Positions 17,839-29,010 of a stretch of 64,000 nucleotides of DNA are shown piece by piece (position 1 is the stretch's first letter; the number at the start of each line of letters is the position of its first letter). Source of the stretch: Clostridia bacterium (GTDB lineage Bacteria; Bacillota; Clostridia; TANB77; CAG-508); the NCBI GenBank assembly GCA_035388585.1, contig DAOOQE010000003.1, forward strand, positions 1,517 through 65,516. The letters run 5' to 3'. The translations under genes and the position numbers were made by a program. The notes below the pieces were generated by a model. That model was not told the DNA's origin, did no database searches, and saw only the letters and a program-made list of their open reading frames with translations.

Positions 17839-20658
17839 TTACATTATTTTCTTTAGGAATTTACCTGTATATGATTTCTCGTTTTTTGAAACCTGTTCAG
17901 GTGTTCCGGTTACAACAATTTGTCCTCCACCATCTCCACCTTCTGGTCCTAAATCAATTACATAATCTGATGTTTTAATTAAATCTAAATTATGTTCAAT
18001 AACTACTATACTGTTTCCAGTATCTACCAATCTCTGCAAAATATCTACTAATTTATGAACATCAGCAATATGAAGCCCTGTTGTTGGCTCATCTAAAATA
18101 TATAAAGTTTTCCCTGTTGGACGTTTTGATAATTCTGTAGCTAATTTAACACGTTGTGCCTCTCCTCCAGACAAAGTCGTAGATGGCTGTCCTAATTTAA
18201 TATATCCTAAACCAACATCATACATAGTTTGAATTTTTTGTTTAATTTTTGGAATTTTATCAAAAAATTCTAACGATTCCTCTACTGTCATTTCAAGTAC
18301 ATCTGATATTGTTTTTCCTTTATATTTTACTTGAAGTGTTTCGTGATTATATCTTTTTCCCTTACATACTTCGCATGGAACATACACATCCGGTAAAAAA
18401 TGCATTTCGATTTTTATTAATCCATCACCATTACAATTTTCACATCTTCCACCAGCTACATTAAAACTAAATCTACCTTTATCAAATCCACGAAGTTTTG
18501 CATCATTTGTTCCAGCAAACATGTCTCTTATTGTATCAAATACTCCTGTATATGTTGCTGGATTTGAACGTGGTGTTCTTCCTATAGGAGATTGATCTAT
18601 ATTTATAATTTTATCTATGTTTTCTAATCCATTAACTTCTTTGCATTTACCTGGTTTTTCATTTGCTCTATTTACTTCTTTTGCTACTGTTTTATATAGT
18701 ATTTCATTTATCAAGGTACTTTTTCCTGAGCCTGAAACCCCAGTTACACAAACAAATTGACCTAATGGAATTTTAACATTAATATTTTTCAAATTGTTTT
18801 CTGACGCCTTTATTATTTCTATTGACTTTCCATTAGATTTTCTTCTAGTTTTAGGAATTTCTATCTTTTTAACTCCACTTAAATACTGTCCTGTAATAGA
18901 TTCTGGAATTAATTTTATTTCCTCAGCTGTTCCTTGAGCAATAACATTTCCACCATGTACACCTGCCATTGGTCCTATATCTATTATTTGATCTGCTGCA
19001 TACATAGTATCCTCATCATGTTCAACCACTAATACAGAATTTCCTAAATCCCTTAATTTCTTTAATGTTGCAATTAATTTTTCATTATCTCTTTGATGTA
19101 ATCCTATACTTGGTTCATCTAAAATATATAAAACACCTGTTAATCCAGATCCAATTTGAGTTGCTAAACGAATACGTTGAGCCTCTCCTCCTGATAAAGA
19201 ACCAGCAGTTCTTGATAATGTTAAATATTCTAAACCAACATCTATTAGAAATTGAAGTCGTTGATTTAATTCCTTTAATATTTGTTCTGCTATCATTGTT
19301 TGTGTTTTATTTAATTTTAATTCATCTAAAAAATGTTTGATTTTTGTTATAGACATATCTGTTAATTGGTAAATATTCTTGTCCCCAACTTTTACTGCTA
19401 AGCTTTCTTTTTTTAATCTTGCACCATTACATGTGTCGCAATGACTGCTACTCATATACATTTCATAAAAATCTCTCATACCTTGAGATTTTGTTTCTGC
19501 ATACCTTCTTGTAAGAGTTGGTATAACTCCTTCAAATGGTGCTGTGAATTTTCTTGTTCCTGCTACAGAAGTATATTCAAAATCTATGTTTTCATCTCCA
19601 GTACCGTATAGAATTTTGTTCAAAAATGCTTTAGGAAGTTTTTTTATTGGTTGAGATATATCAACTTTGTACTTTTTAGCAATACTTTCAAAATACATTC
19701 TTGCCATGGTATCACCTTTTTTCATTGTGCTTGTTCCAAATGCTTTTACACCATCATATAATGTTTTGTTTTTGTCTGGTATTATTAAATCTTCATCTAT
19801 TTTCATAACAAATCCAATACCTAAACAAGCTGGACAAGCACCTAAAGGATTGTTAAAAGAGAACATTCTTGGAGTTAATTCTTCGAAACTTATACCACAA
19901 TCTGGACATGCATAATTTCTACTAAATAGCATTTGCTCTCCACCTATTATGTCAACACTTACTAAATTATTTGCATGTTTTAATGCAGATTCTATAGATT
20001 CTGTTAATCTTGGTCTCATATCATCACTAACAACTAACCTATCTACAATTAATTCTATATTGTGTTTCTTTTGTCTATCTATTTCGATATCATCTGAAAG
20101 CTCATATATTTGTCCATCTATTCTTGCTCTAACAAATCCTTCTTTAAGAAAATCTTCTAATAATTTTTTATATTCACCTTTTCTTTGTCTTACAACTGGA
20201 GCTAAAATCTGTATTTTAGTGCCTGTTTCAAATTTCATAATTGTATCAACTATTTGATCTATGGATTGTTTTTCTATTCTTTTTCCGCAAATAGGACAGT
20301 ATGGAATTCCAACTCTTGCATACAATAAACGTATGTAGTCATATATTTCTGTTACTGTTCCTACTGTTGAGCGTGGATTTTTCGAAGTAGTTTTTTGGTC
20401 AATTGATATCGCAGGTGATAACCCGTCTATTGACTCTACATCTGGTTTTTCCATTAACCCTAAAAACTGTCTTGCATAAGATGATAAGCTTTCTACATAT
20501 CTTCTTTGGCCTTCAGCATAAAGAGTATCAAAAGCTAAAGACGATTTTCCTGAACCAGATAATCCTGTTATAACAACTAGCTTATTTCTTGGTATTTCTA
20601 AATCTATATTTTTCAAATTATGAACTTTAGCGCCTTTTATGATAATTGAATCCTTCAT
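17839..20658 (-). CDS. uvrA: excinuclease ABC subunit A
   Basis: 939 aa. Two ABC ATPase modules ([20 protein letters not shown], two LSGGEAQR) and zinc-finger cysteines. Confidence 0.97.
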   Translation of the reverse strand: MKDSIIIKGAKVHNLKNIDLEIPRNKLVVITGLSGSGKSSLAFDTLYAEGQRRYVESLSSYARQFLGLMEKPDVESIDGLSPAISIDQKTTSKNPRSTVGTVTEIYDYIRLLYARVGIPYCPICGKRIEKQSIDQIVDTIMKFETGTKIQILAPVVRQRKGEYKKLLEDFLKEGFVRARIDGQIYELSDDIEIDRQKKHNIELIVDRLVVSDDMRPRLTESIESALKHANNLVSVDIIGGEQMLFSRNYACPDCGISFEELTPRMFSFNNPLGACPACLGIGFVMKIDEDLIIPDKNKTLYDGVKAFGTSTMKKGDTMARMYFESIAKKYKVDISQPIKKLPKAFLNKILYGTGDENIDFEYTSVAGTRKFTAPFEGVIPTLTRRYAETKSQGMRDFYEMYMSSSHCDTCNGARLKKESLAVKVGDKNIYQLTDMSITKIKHFLDELKLNKTQTMIAEQILKELNQRLQFLIDVGLEYLTLSRTAGSLSGGEAQRIRLATQIGSGLTGVLYILDEPSIGLHQRDNEKLIATLKKLRDLGNSVLVVEHDEDTMYAADQIIDIGPMAGVHGGNVIAQGTAEEIKLIPESITGQYLSGVKKIEIPKTRRKSNGKSIEIIKASENNLKNINVKIPLGQFVCVTGVSGSGKSTLINEILYKTVAKEVNRANEKPGKCKEVNGLENIDKIINIDQSPIGRTPRSNPATYTGVFDTIRDMFAGTNDAKLRGFDKGRFSFNVAGGRCENCNGDGLIKIEMHFLPDVYVPCEVCKGKRYNHETLQVKYKGKTISDVLEMTVEESLEFFDKIPKIKQKIQTMYDVGLGYIKLGQPSTTLSGGEAQRVKLATELSKRPTGKTLYILDEPTTGLHIADVHKLVDILQRLVDTGNSIVVIEHNLDLIKTSDYVIDLGPEGGDGGGQIVVTGTPEQVSKNEKSYTGKFLKKIM

Positions 20659-20796
20659 TTTCCCACTCCTTATATACTTATTTTCTAATATTTAATACCG
20701 GATAATTCTAATGATTATACTTACTATTTTATTTTTTATATTAAATAGTTTTTTTAAAATTTCATCATCTGTATTTTATAAAAACTTAAAAATAAC

Positions 20797-22746
20797 TTAA
20801 TTCGATAATTGTTTAATTCTATCTCTTATTTCTGCTGCTTTTTCGAATTCCATAGAAGCTGCATATTTAAGCATTTCATCAGTCATTTTATTTATTATTT
20901 CATCTAAATCTGCATCTTTTCCCAAATTATATTCTGTACTTACTTCTTCAACAATTTTAGCACTAATTGATTCTCTTACTGATTTTTTAATTGTTTGAGG
21001 AGTTATTCCATTATCAGAATTATATTTCATTTGTATTTCACGTCTTCTATTTGTTTCCCTTATTGCTTTTTCCATTGAATCTGTTAATTGATCAGCATAC
21101 ATTATTACTTTTCCTTCAGTATTTCGAGCCGCACGTCCAATTGTCTGTATTAAAGATCTTTCTGAACGTAAAAATCCTTCTTTATCAGCATCTAGTATGG
21201 TAACTAAAGAAACTTCTGGTATATCCAATCCTTCTCTTAAAAGATTTATACCAACCAATACATCAAATTCACCTAGTCTTAATTCTCTTATAATATTCAT
21301 TCTTTCTAGTGTTTTTGTTTCAGAATGCATATATTTTACTTTTACTTCTAAGCCAGCTAAATAAGCTGTTAAGTCTTCTGCCATTTTTTTTGTTAAAGTA
21401 GTAACAAGCACTCTTTCTTTTTTATTAGTTCTTATTCTAATTTGTTCTAATAAATCATCAATTTGGTTTTGTACTGGTTTCACTTCTATTTGAGGATCTA
21501 ATAATCCTGTTGGTCTAATTATTTGTTCAACAACATTATTTTTTGAATGTTCTTTTTCATAATCTGCAGGTGTCGCACTAACAAATATAACTTGATTTAT
21601 TCTTTCCTCAAATTCTTCAAATTTTAAAGGTCTATTATCAAATGCTGATGGAAGTCTAAATCCATAATTAACTAACGATTCTTTTCTAGCTCTATCCCCA
21701 TTATACATTGCCCTTATTTGTGGTATTGTTGCATGAGATTCATCTATTAATAATAAATAATCTTTTGGAAAATAATCAAATAAAGTATATGGTGGACTAC
21801 CTTCTGGCCTACCACTTATATGTCTAGAATAATTTTCTATACCTTGACAAAACCCTGTTTCTTTCATCATTTCCAGATCAAAATTTGTTCTCTCTTCTAT
21901 TCTCTGAGCCTCAATTAATTTTTTTTGAGACTTAAATAATTCAACTTGTTTTTCCATTTCATCTTCAATAGTTAAAACTGCTTTATCAAGCTTTTCCCTG
22001 CTTGTAACATATTGAGAAGCTGGTGGAATAAGAACATGATTTCTTAATCCAATACTTTTACCAGTTATAGGACTTATTTCGTTTATTTTTTCTATCTCAT
22101 CTCCCCAAAATTCCATTCTTACTGCTGATTCACTTTGTGAAGACGGATATATTTCTAAAACATCACCTTTAGCTCTAAAAGTTCCACGTTTAAAATCCAA
22201 CTCATTTCTAGAGTATTGCATTGATATAAGTTTTCTCATTACTTCATTTCTGTTTTTTTGCATTCCTGGTCTTAGTGATAACATCATTTCCTGGTAATCT
22301 TCCGGATCTCCTAAACCATATATACAAGAAACTGAAGCTATTATTATTACATCTTTTCTTTCAAATAAAGATAATGTTGCAGAATGCCTTAATTTGTCAA
22401 TTTCATCATTAACAGATGAATCTTTTTCAATATAAGTATTAGATGATGGTATATAAGCTTCTGGTTGATAATAATCATAATAAGAAACAAAATATTCAAC
22501 AGCACTATCAGGAAAAAACTCTTTAAATTCTGAATATAATTGTCCAGCCAAAGTTTTATTATGTGCTAATATAAGAGTTGGTTTTTGAGTTTGTTCAATA
22601 ATATTTGCCATTGTAAATGTTTTTCCAGAACCAGTTACTCCAAGAAGAGTTTGATATTTTTCCCCTGTTTTTATTCCATTTACTAAATTTTCTATTGCAT
22701 GTGGCTGATCTCCACTTGGTTTATATTCCGAATGTATTTTAAACAT
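20797..22746 (-). CDS. uvrB: excinuclease ABC subunit B
   Basis: 649 aa. [10 protein letters not shown] Walker A, DESH box, helicase C motifs and a C-terminal UVR domain ([13 protein letters not shown]). Confidence 0.97.
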   Translation of the reverse strand: MFKIHSEYKPSGDQPHAIENLVNGIKTGEKYQTLLGVTGSGKTFTMANIIEQTQKPTLILAHNKTLAGQLYSEFKEFFPDSAVEYFVSYYDYYQPEAYIPSSNTYIEKDSSVNDEIDKLRHSATLSLFERKDVIIIASVSCIYGLGDPEDYQEMMLSLRPGMQKNRNEVMRKLISMQYSRNELDFKRGTFRAKGDVLEIYPSSQSESAVRMEFWGDEIEKINEISPITGKSIGLRNHVLIPPASQYVTSREKLDKAVLTIEDEMEKQVELFKSQKKLIEAQRIEERTNFDLEMMKETGFCQGIENYSRHISGRPEGSPPYTLFDYFPKDYLLLIDESHATIPQIRAMYNGDRARKESLVNYGFRLPSAFDNRPLKFEEFEERINQVIFVSATPADYEKEHSKNNVVEQIIRPTGLLDPQIEVKPVQNQIDDLLEQIRIRTNKKERVLVTTLTKKMAEDLTAYLAGLEVKVKYMHSETKTLERMNIIRELRLGEFDVLVGINLLREGLDIPEVSLVTILDADKEGFLRSERSLIQTIGRAARNTEGKVIMYADQLTDSMEKAIRETNRRREIQMKYNSDNGITPQTIKKSVRESISAKIVEEVSTEYNLGKDADLDEIINKMTDEMLKYAASMEFEKAAEIRDRIKQLSN

Positions 22747-22775
22747 ATTACCTCCGTTCTTTTTATTGATTTTTT

Positions 22776-23423
22776 CTATTTTGTTTTATAATATTTTTTT
22801 CTTCTAATTATCCATAATGTACTTAATAACCATTCAATTTTATCAAGAGTTTTTTCCATCAACTTTTCTAATTCTTCCATATTATAAAATGTGAGTTCAC
22901 TATTTGATTTTTCACACTTATTTAAAAATTCAACAACTTTTTCTATATCATTTTTATTAACAGAAACTCTTTCAACTAGTTTTAGATGATTTTCTAATTC
23001 AATTAAATCATTAATTTCTATTTTATTTTCTATATATAGGTCATTGTGACTTCTGAACTCCGAATGTTTTATTTTTTTTAATTCATCATATGTTAAATTA
23101 CATATATGTGATTGCTTGCTGCGTAAATAAAAATCTTTATTAAATAAAAAATCTGTATATAAATGAACTAAACAACCACATAATATAGGATGATTAATAT
23201 TATTCTTGTATATTTTATAAAACTGCATGTATGTTGGACTTTTATCTATTTTATAATGAGTGTAATCATGATCAAAAACTGTTGAAATATCTTTGACTAT
23301 ATGTCCATTATTTATATCCAATAATATATTTCCCAGCAAAAACAATTGCATTTCTTCTTCTGTATAATTTAACTTATTTCCAATTCTTTTTCCTATCTCC
23401 AAATGAACCTTCCAGTTAGGCAT
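22776..23423 (-). CDS. hypothetical protein, histidine-rich (possible metal-dependent hydrolase)
   Basis: About 215 aa. [12 protein letters not shown]-terminus with several conserved-looking His residues (DHDYTHY, VHLYTD). Only 29 bp upstream of uvrB, so probably co-transcribed. The start at the second ATG has better SD spacing. Confidence 0.35.
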   Translation of the reverse strand: MPNWKVHLEIGKRIGNKLNYTEEEMQLFLLGNILLDINNGHIVKDISTVFDHDYTHYKIDKSPTYMQFYKIYKNNINHPILCGCLVHLYTDFLFNKDFYLRSKQSHICNLTYDELKKIKHSEFRSHNDLYIENKIEINDLIELENHLKLVERVSVNKNDIEKVVEFLNKCEKSNSELTFYNMEELEKLMEKTLDKIEWLLSTLWIIRRKKYYKTK

Positions 23424-23626
23424 AATCAAATTCCCCTTCTAATTCAATATTTATTTTATAATTTTTATATATTTTAATGAATTTAGCTAATATATCTACT
23501 ATTTAGTTCTTAAAATAAAACTTCTATTTTGAATTAATATTATAATTTTTTCGATTATTAGATTTTATAACCAACCACTGAATTATTGTATAGTTCTTAA
23601 TTATAATTCTTAGTAATTATTATAAT

Positions 23627-24655
23627 CTATAAAACCTCTACTTTAATATTATTAATGTAATTTATAACCTCTTTAATACTCATATCAGGAGTAGATGCTC
23701 CTGCCATTATACCTATTCTGTCATTTTCGTCAATTTTAAATTCCTTAATGTCTTGATATGTTTCTATACAAAAAGTACTTTTGCAATTTTTTAATGATAT
23801 TTCATATAATTTTTTTGTGTTGGAGCTTTTTTTACCTCCAATAATTATCATTTTATCTACTTTTTTAGATAATTCTTCTGTTTCTTTTTGTCTTATTTCT
23901 GTTGCTGCACATATTGTATTTTTGACAATTAAATCATAATTCTTATCTAATTTATTAGTAGTTGTGTTTTTGATTTTGTCTGTATTTATTGTATTAATTT
24001 TTTCATTATTTATTGTCTTAATTTTATCTTTATTTATTGTCTTAATTTTATCATTATTAAAAATATTAATGCTATCTTTATTTAACGTGTCAATTCTGTG
24101 CGTAATTATAGTTTCAATAATTTTAAATTTTTCCAAACTAAAAGTTGTTTGAGAAAGTAATATTATTTTTTTTATTTCTAATTTATCAATTTTATTTAGG
24201 ACTTCACCAATATCCTCAATTTTTTCAATTATAGAATACTGATTTTTACAGTTACTTACAATACCTATTACTTCAGGATGATTTCTAGTTCCAGTCAATA
24301 ATACATAATAGCCTTTATCAACATATTTTTCTGCTATTTTGTGTATTTTCAAAACATTTGGGCATGTAAAATCTATTAATTGTATATTACTTTTTTTGGC
24401 TTCATTATAAATATTTTTTTCTACACCATGAGCTCTAATAATTACTTTGCAATTATTACTCTTTACATCATTAAATTCTTCTATAAATTCTATACCCTTA
24501 CTTGATAATTTTTCTATCACCTGTTTATTATGAACTAATTCTCCAAGACAATATATTTTTTCTTTTAAATTATTATTAACAATTTTTTCACTTTCTTCTA
24601 CTGCTCTTTTTACTCCAAAGCAAAATCCTGCAGTTTTTCCAACTATTATTTCCAT
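23627..24655 (-). CDS. ispH: 4-hydroxy-3-methylbut-2-enyl diphosphate reductase with an internal repeat insertion
   Basis: 342 aa. The three conserved Cys contexts are GFCFGV, FTCPNV and NTICAATEIRQ. An Asn/Lys/Ile-rich insertion sits before the third Cys. Confidence 0.9.
   Translation of the reverse strand: MEIIVGKTAGFCFGVKRAVEESEKIVNNNLKEKIYCLGELVHNKQVIEKLSSKGIEFIEEFNDVKSNNCKVIIRAHGVEKNIYNEAKKSNIQLIDFTCPNVLKIHKIAEKYVDKGYYVLLTGTRNHPEVIGIVSNCKNQYSIIEKIEDIGEVLNKIDKLEIKKIILLSQTTFSLEKFKIIETIITHRIDTLNKDSINIFNNDKIKTINKDKIKTINNEKINTINTDKIKNTTTNKLDKNYDLIVKNTICAATEIRQKETEELSKKVDKMIIIGGKKSSNTKKLYEISLKNCKSTFCIETYQDIKEFKIDENDRIGIMAGASTPDMSIKEVINYINNIKVEVL
23957..24052 (-). repeat. in-frame 24-nt tandem repeat x4 inside ispH
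   Basis: On the coding strand: GATAAAATTAAGACAATAAATAAA / GATAAAATTAAGACAATAAATAAT / GAAAAAATTAATACAATAAATACA / GACAAAATCAAAAACACAACTACT. These encode DKIKTINK DKIKTINN EKINTINT DKIKNTTT. Confidence 0.9.
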
Positions 24656-24749
24656 ATAATTCTATATATATTAAAACATAATATAATAGCTCTATTACGA
24701 CATAACATAATACTACTTTATTATAATTTAATATATTACCCCTTTTCAT

Positions 24750-25808
24750 TTATTTACACATTTTAATAATTTCTTCTTTTAAAACATTTACTATTTCTTC
24801 TTGTTTAACCTTTTTTATAATTTCACCTTTTTTAAATATCAAACCTTCAGAAATGCCTCCTGCTATTCCTATATCAGCCTCTCTCGCCTCTCCAGGACCA
24901 TTTACTGCACATCCCATAACTGCAACAGTTATATTAGACTGTATTGTTTGTAAAAATTCTTCAATCTCTTTTGCAATCGGTATCAAATCTATTTGTGTTC
25001 TTCCACATGTTGGACAAGCTACAAGTGTTGGAATTCCGTTATATAAATCACAATCTTTTAATATTTCTTTTGCAACCTTAATTTCTTTAACAGGTTCATC
25101 TGATAATGAAACTCTTATTGTATCACCAATACCATTTAGAAGCATATACCCAAGCCCTATGCTTGACTTTATTGTACCACTAAATTCTGTACCAGATTCT
25201 GTTATTCCTAAATGAAGTGGATACTCAAATTCTTTTGATGCTTCTTCATATGCTTCCATACATAATTTTAAACTAGATGCTTTTAATGATATTGCAATAT
25301 CGTAAAAATCTAACTTTTCAAGTATGTCAACATGTCTTTTCGCACTTTCTACCATTGCTTTTGCTGTTGGCTTTCCACCATATTTTTGTAGTAAATCTTT
25401 TTCTAACGATCCACCATTTACACCTATTCTAATTGGGATTTTATTATTTTTACAAGCCTCAACAACCATTTTTACTTTTTCTTCAGAACCTATATTTCCT
25501 GGATTTATCCTTATTTTATCTACACCTGATTCTATTGCTTCAAGTGCAATTCTGTAATCAAAATGAATATCTGCTACAATAGGTATACTTATTTCTTTTT
25601 TTATTTCTCTAATTGCTTTTGCGTCTTCTAAATCAAGACAAGCAACTCTTATAATCTCACATCCTGCTTTTTCTAAATCCTTTATTTGTTTAACAGTTTC
25701 TAATACATTTTTTGTTTTTGTATTACACATTGATTGAATTACGACTTTATTTTGGCCTCCGATTTGAACATTTCCTACCATGATTTTTCTTGTGTTTATT
25801 CTATTCAT
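24750..25808 (-). CDS. ispG: 4-hydroxy-3-methylbut-2-en-1-yl diphosphate synthase
   Basis: 352 aa. Typical GcpE sequence ([32 protein letters not shown]). Confidence 0.95.
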   Translation of the reverse strand: MNRINTRKIMVGNVQIGGQNKVVIQSMCNTKTKNVLETVKQIKDLEKAGCEIIRVACLDLEDAKAIREIKKEISIPIVADIHFDYRIALEAIESGVDKIRINPGNIGSEEKVKMVVEACKNNKIPIRIGVNGGSLEKDLLQKYGGKPTAKAMVESAKRHVDILEKLDFYDIAISLKASSLKLCMEAYEEASKEFEYPLHLGITESGTEFSGTIKSSIGLGYMLLNGIGDTIRVSLSDEPVKEIKVAKEILKDCDLYNGIPTLVACPTCGRTQIDLIPIAKEIEEFLQTIQSNITVAVMGCAVNGPGEAREADIGIAGGISEGLIFKKGEIIKKVKQEEIVNVLKEEIIKMCK

Positions 25809-26090
25809 TATAGTATTCCTCCAGTCATATAAATTATTTACTGAATTATATCATAATCGACATATTTTTACAATAAATATAAATATTATTCAATTGTATA
25901 TATTTTTCGATATTATTATTATTAAAATATAATTTTATATTTTGATATTTTATAGTTTTTATTTATATTTATCTCTATATTTTAATAATTTTTATTTTCT
26001 ACTAGACATTTATTTGTAAGTTTGATATTATAATGTTACAAAATCAAAAGATAAAACTTATTTTATAAGTCACATAGGAGGATTTAATTA

Positions 26091-26402
26091 ATGATAAAAT
26101 CAAAATTATTTAAAATTTTAATACTTGTTTCTATATTTTTCTCTATATTACATAATTTTTGTTATGCAACAAATGTAGAAAATACAAATACAACTGATCA
26201 GAACTCTGTTTCTCAAACACAATCAACCACTACTCAAAATAATACACAAAATAATTTGTCTAATACAACAACAGTTAGTACTGTAAGCACAGTTGAAAAT
26301 ACAGATATAGATTTTACAACTATACTTAATATTCTATTGATTGCTGTTGGAATTGTTATAATTCTATTAGCAATAGCAATATTAGTACGTTTAAAAAGAT
26401 AG
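26091..26402 (+). CDS. small secreted/tail-anchored low-complexity protein
   Basis: 103 aa. Signal peptide, a T/N/Q/S-rich middle, and a C-terminal TM plus basic tail (VRLKR) without LPXTG. AGGAGG SD and its own terminator. Confidence 0.45.
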   Translation: MIKSKLFKILILVSIFFSILHNFCYATNVENTNTTDQNSVSQTQSTTTQNNTQNNLSNTTTVSTVSTVENTDIDFTTILNILLIAVGIVIILLAIAILVRLKR

Positions 26403-26439
26403 TTTATGTGGAAAATTATTTTTTCTTACAAAAGATACA

Positions 26440-26474
26440 AACCTGATTGCAAATTGTAATCAGGTTATTTTTTT
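26440..26474 (+). terminator. intrinsic terminator
   Basis: AACCTGATT-9 nt loop-AATCAGGTT followed by ATTTTTTTA. Confidence 0.75.
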
Positions 26475-26524
26475 ATAATATTTACTTATCTTTGAAAATT
26501 TATCAAATATAGATAATATGAAGT

Positions 26525-26968
26525 CTAGTTCTTTAAAGCTCTCTGAATTCTTCTTTCAGCATCTTTTTTTGCTATATCTTCACGCTTATCATATAATTTT
26601 TTACCTTTACCCATTCCTAATTCAAGTTTTACAAATTGACCTTTAAAATATATGCTTACAGGTATTAAACTATAACCTTGTTGATTTATTTTACCTATTA
26701 ATTTTCTTATTTCCTGTTTGTTCATCAAGAGTTTTTTACTACGTAAAGGATCTGTATTAAATATGTTACCTTGTTCATATGGGCTAATATGCATTCCCAA
26801 TACATATACTTCTCTATCTTTTATTATTGCATAACTCTCTTTTAAATTTACTTTTCCATTTCTTATAGATTTTATTTCTGTTCCTGTTAAAACAATTCCT
26901 GTTTCATAAGTCTGCTCTATATTATAGTTATGATATGCATTAGGGTTTTTGGCAATTTGTTTACTCAT
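26525..26968 (-). CDS. smpB: SsrA-binding protein
   Basis: 147 aa. Typical SmpB sequence ([27 protein letters not shown]). Confidence 0.95.
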   Translation of the reverse strand: MSKQIAKNPNAYHNYNIEQTYETGIVLTGTEIKSIRNGKVNLKESYAIIKDREVYVLGMHISPYEQGNIFNTDPLRSKKLLMNKQEIRKLIGKINQQGYSLIPVSIYFKGQFVKLELGMGKGKKLYDKREDIAKKDAERRIQRALKN

Positions 26969-26986
26969 TTTTTCACCTTTTTCTTT

Positions 26987-27100
26987 ATTTATTATGCTTT
27001 ATTTAAGAAGTACTTGAATTTATTGTGTTTTCTTAATAAGAATGTGAATTTATCTTAATTAATAAGAATAAATTCAATCTATTATGCTTTATTAGAAGAA
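26987..27100. repeat. degenerate repeats derived from the fba 3-prime end
   Basis: ATTATGCTTTATT occurs at 26991 and again at 27081 (fba stop region). Between them are three roughly 30-bp units: TTAAGAAGTACTTGAATTTATT / TTAATAAGAATGTGAATTTATC / TTAATAAGAATAAATTCAATC. Confidence 0.6.
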
Positions 27101-28011
27101 CCTAAAACATATTTAATTTTATGTTTAACTGTTTTTTTAATTTCTTCTCTTGCAGCGCCTAAATATTTTCTAGGATCAAAAACTGATGGTTCCTCTGCAA
27201 ATACTTTTCTAATTGCTCCTGTCATTGCTAATCTTAAATCAGTATCAACATTTATTTTAGAAACACCTGAAGTGCTTGCCTTAAATAATATTTCGTCTGG
27301 AACACCTTTTGCTCCTGGAATATTTCCACCATTATCATTACACATATCAAGTAATTCTGGCATTACTGTTGACGCACCATGTAAAACTATTGGAGTATTT
27401 GGGATTAATTTTTTTATCTCCACTAATATATCAAATCTTAATTTAGGCTCACCTTTAAACTTATATGCTCCATGGCTTGTTCCTATTGCAATTGCCAAAG
27501 AATCACATCCAGTTCTTTCAACAAATTCTTTTGCTTGAATTGGATCTGTATACATTGCATCTTTTTCATCAACATTTACATCATCTTCTATTCCTGCTAA
27601 TTTTCCTAATTCAGCTTCAACAACTACACCTTTTGAATGAGCATATTCAACTACCTTTTTTGTAATTTCTATATTTTCTTCAAAACCATATTTAGATCCA
27701 TCTATCATTACAGATGTAAATCCATTATCAATACACATTTTACAAGTTTCAAAATCTGGTCCATGATCAAGATGAAGAGCAATTGGAATATTATGTTCTT
27801 CATTTGCTGCCTCTATCATTTTTCTTAAATATTGAATTCTTGCATAACTAAGTGCACCATGTGAAACTTGTAATATTACAGGCGAATTTTCTTCAGCTGC
27901 TGCATCAACTATACCTTGTATTATTTCCATATTATTGATATTAAAAGCACCTATCGCAAAATTTTCTTTAATTGATTTTTCAAACATATTTTTAGTTGTT
28001 ACTAATGGCAT
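27082..28011 (-). CDS. fba: class II fructose-1,6-bisphosphate aldolase
   Basis: MPLVTTKNMF N-terminus plus NINNMEI, LHLDHG, HGAS and AIGTSHGAYK motifs. Start set to the ATG at 28011 (AGGAGG 7 nt upstream) rather than the track start. Confidence 0.93.
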   Translation of the reverse strand: MPLVTTKNMFEKSIKENFAIGAFNINNMEIIQGIVDAAAEENSPVILQVSHGALSYARIQYLRKMIEAANEEHNIPIALHLDHGPDFETCKMCIDNGFTSVMIDGSKYGFEENIEITKKVVEYAHSKGVVVEAELGKLAGIEDDVNVDEKDAMYTDPIQAKEFVERTGCDSLAIAIGTSHGAYKFKGEPKLRFDILVEIKKLIPNTPIVLHGASTVMPELLDMCNDNGGNIPGAKGVPDEILFKASTSGVSKINVDTDLRLAMTGAIRKVFAEEPSVFDPRKYLGAAREEIKKTVKHKIKYVLGSSNKA

Positions 28012-28157
28012 TCTTTTTCCTCCTATTTTTTTCATATGACAATATTATTTATTGATACGAATATTATGATTATTATATTATAAAATATTTTCATATAATA
28101 CTATCAATATTATTTAAATCTGTATAAGCTTTTTATCTTAAAAATAAATATCATTAA

Positions 28158-28913
28158 TTATTTAGAAACAATCATATGGTTCATACATGTATAAATTAAA
28201 TTAACCCATGTTGATGAATTCGGACAGAATTTAGTTCTAACTCCTGATAATGTTTTTCCATAATAAAAACTTCCACCTTCTGTAAGGTAATTTTTATTAA
28301 GAGTTTTAGCTGCTTGTTCTAGTCCATCTTCTACAGATTTATATTGTTTCAATTTTCCATTATACATTAAACTTATATAATTATATGTAGATCTATGGTT
28401 TGATGCGATATTCCATCCTGACTCCCCTGCTATCAAACCACAAAAAAAGATTTCATTAATTTGATATTTTTCACATAAATCATATATTAAATCACTATTA
28501 TTATAAAAAAACTTAGTAGTATCTTGTTTTGTTCTTGAGATTAAAATTTTAAAATCTTCTTTTGTTAATCCTGTTCTTACAGTTAAATCCATATCTCTTG
28601 AAATTTTAACATTTTCAATTAAAACTTTTTCTTTTACTATTTCTGTTTCTTGTATTTCTGAACGAGATAATTCATCACCACTTCTCGAAGTGACTTCTGC
28701 TATTTGTATTTCATTATTACTTGTTTCTATTTCTAATTTTTCATTATTTTCTTTTATATAACTGCTATTATTGTACTCATTATTTGTCTTTGCTAAACTA
28801 AATATTCTATCTTTTGGTAGAAAGTTCATTAATAAGAATGTAATTAATATAAAAACTGTACTTATATAAACTAACTTTTTTATATGAATAGAACTGTGTT
28901 CTGTGTTTTTCAC
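28158..28913 (-). CDS. membrane-anchored protein with a glucosaminidase-like (peptidoglycan hydrolase) C-terminal domain
   Basis: 251 aa. GTG start with AGGAGG SD. N-terminal TM. The C-terminal IAGESGWNIASNHRSTYNYISLMYNG...SVEDGLEQAAKTLNKNYL resembles the mannosyl-glycoprotein endo-beta-N-acetylglucosaminidase fold signature. Confidence 0.5.
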   Translation of the reverse strand: MKNTEHSSIHIKKLVYISTVFILITFLLMNFLPKDRIFSLAKTNNEYNNSSYIKENNEKLEIETSNNEIQIAEVTSRSGDELSRSEIQETEIVKEKVLIENVKISRDMDLTVRTGLTKEDFKILISRTKQDTTKFFYNNSDLIYDLCEKYQINEIFFCGLIAGESGWNIASNHRSTYNYISLMYNGKLKQYKSVEDGLEQAAKTLNKNYLTEGGSFYYGKTLSGVRTKFCPNSSTWVNLIYTCMNHMIVSK

Positions 28914-29010
28914 TTTTTTTCCTCCTAAATCAATATTATTTTTTAAATATATTAATTAAAACAATAATATTAATTATAACAAAATGTTTATATATAGTCA
29001 AAATTTGATA

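Noticed and set aside
23430-23626. LexA (Cheo-type GAAC-N4-GTTC) operator upstream of the uvrB transcription unit, and also at 8476-8557 upstream of the Y-family polymerase.
   Set aside because: No GAAC-N4-GTTC or close variant was seen in either region. The species-specific LexA motif may differ, so this is absence of evidence only.
26403-26524. tmRNA (ssrA) expected next to smpB.
   Set aside because: Only about 120 nt of AT-rich DNA lies downstream of smpB. I saw no GGGG...TTCGA 5-prime end and no tRNA-like T-arm/CCA end on either strand. The adjacent 26091-26402 segment reads as a genuine SD-preceded signal-peptide ORF.
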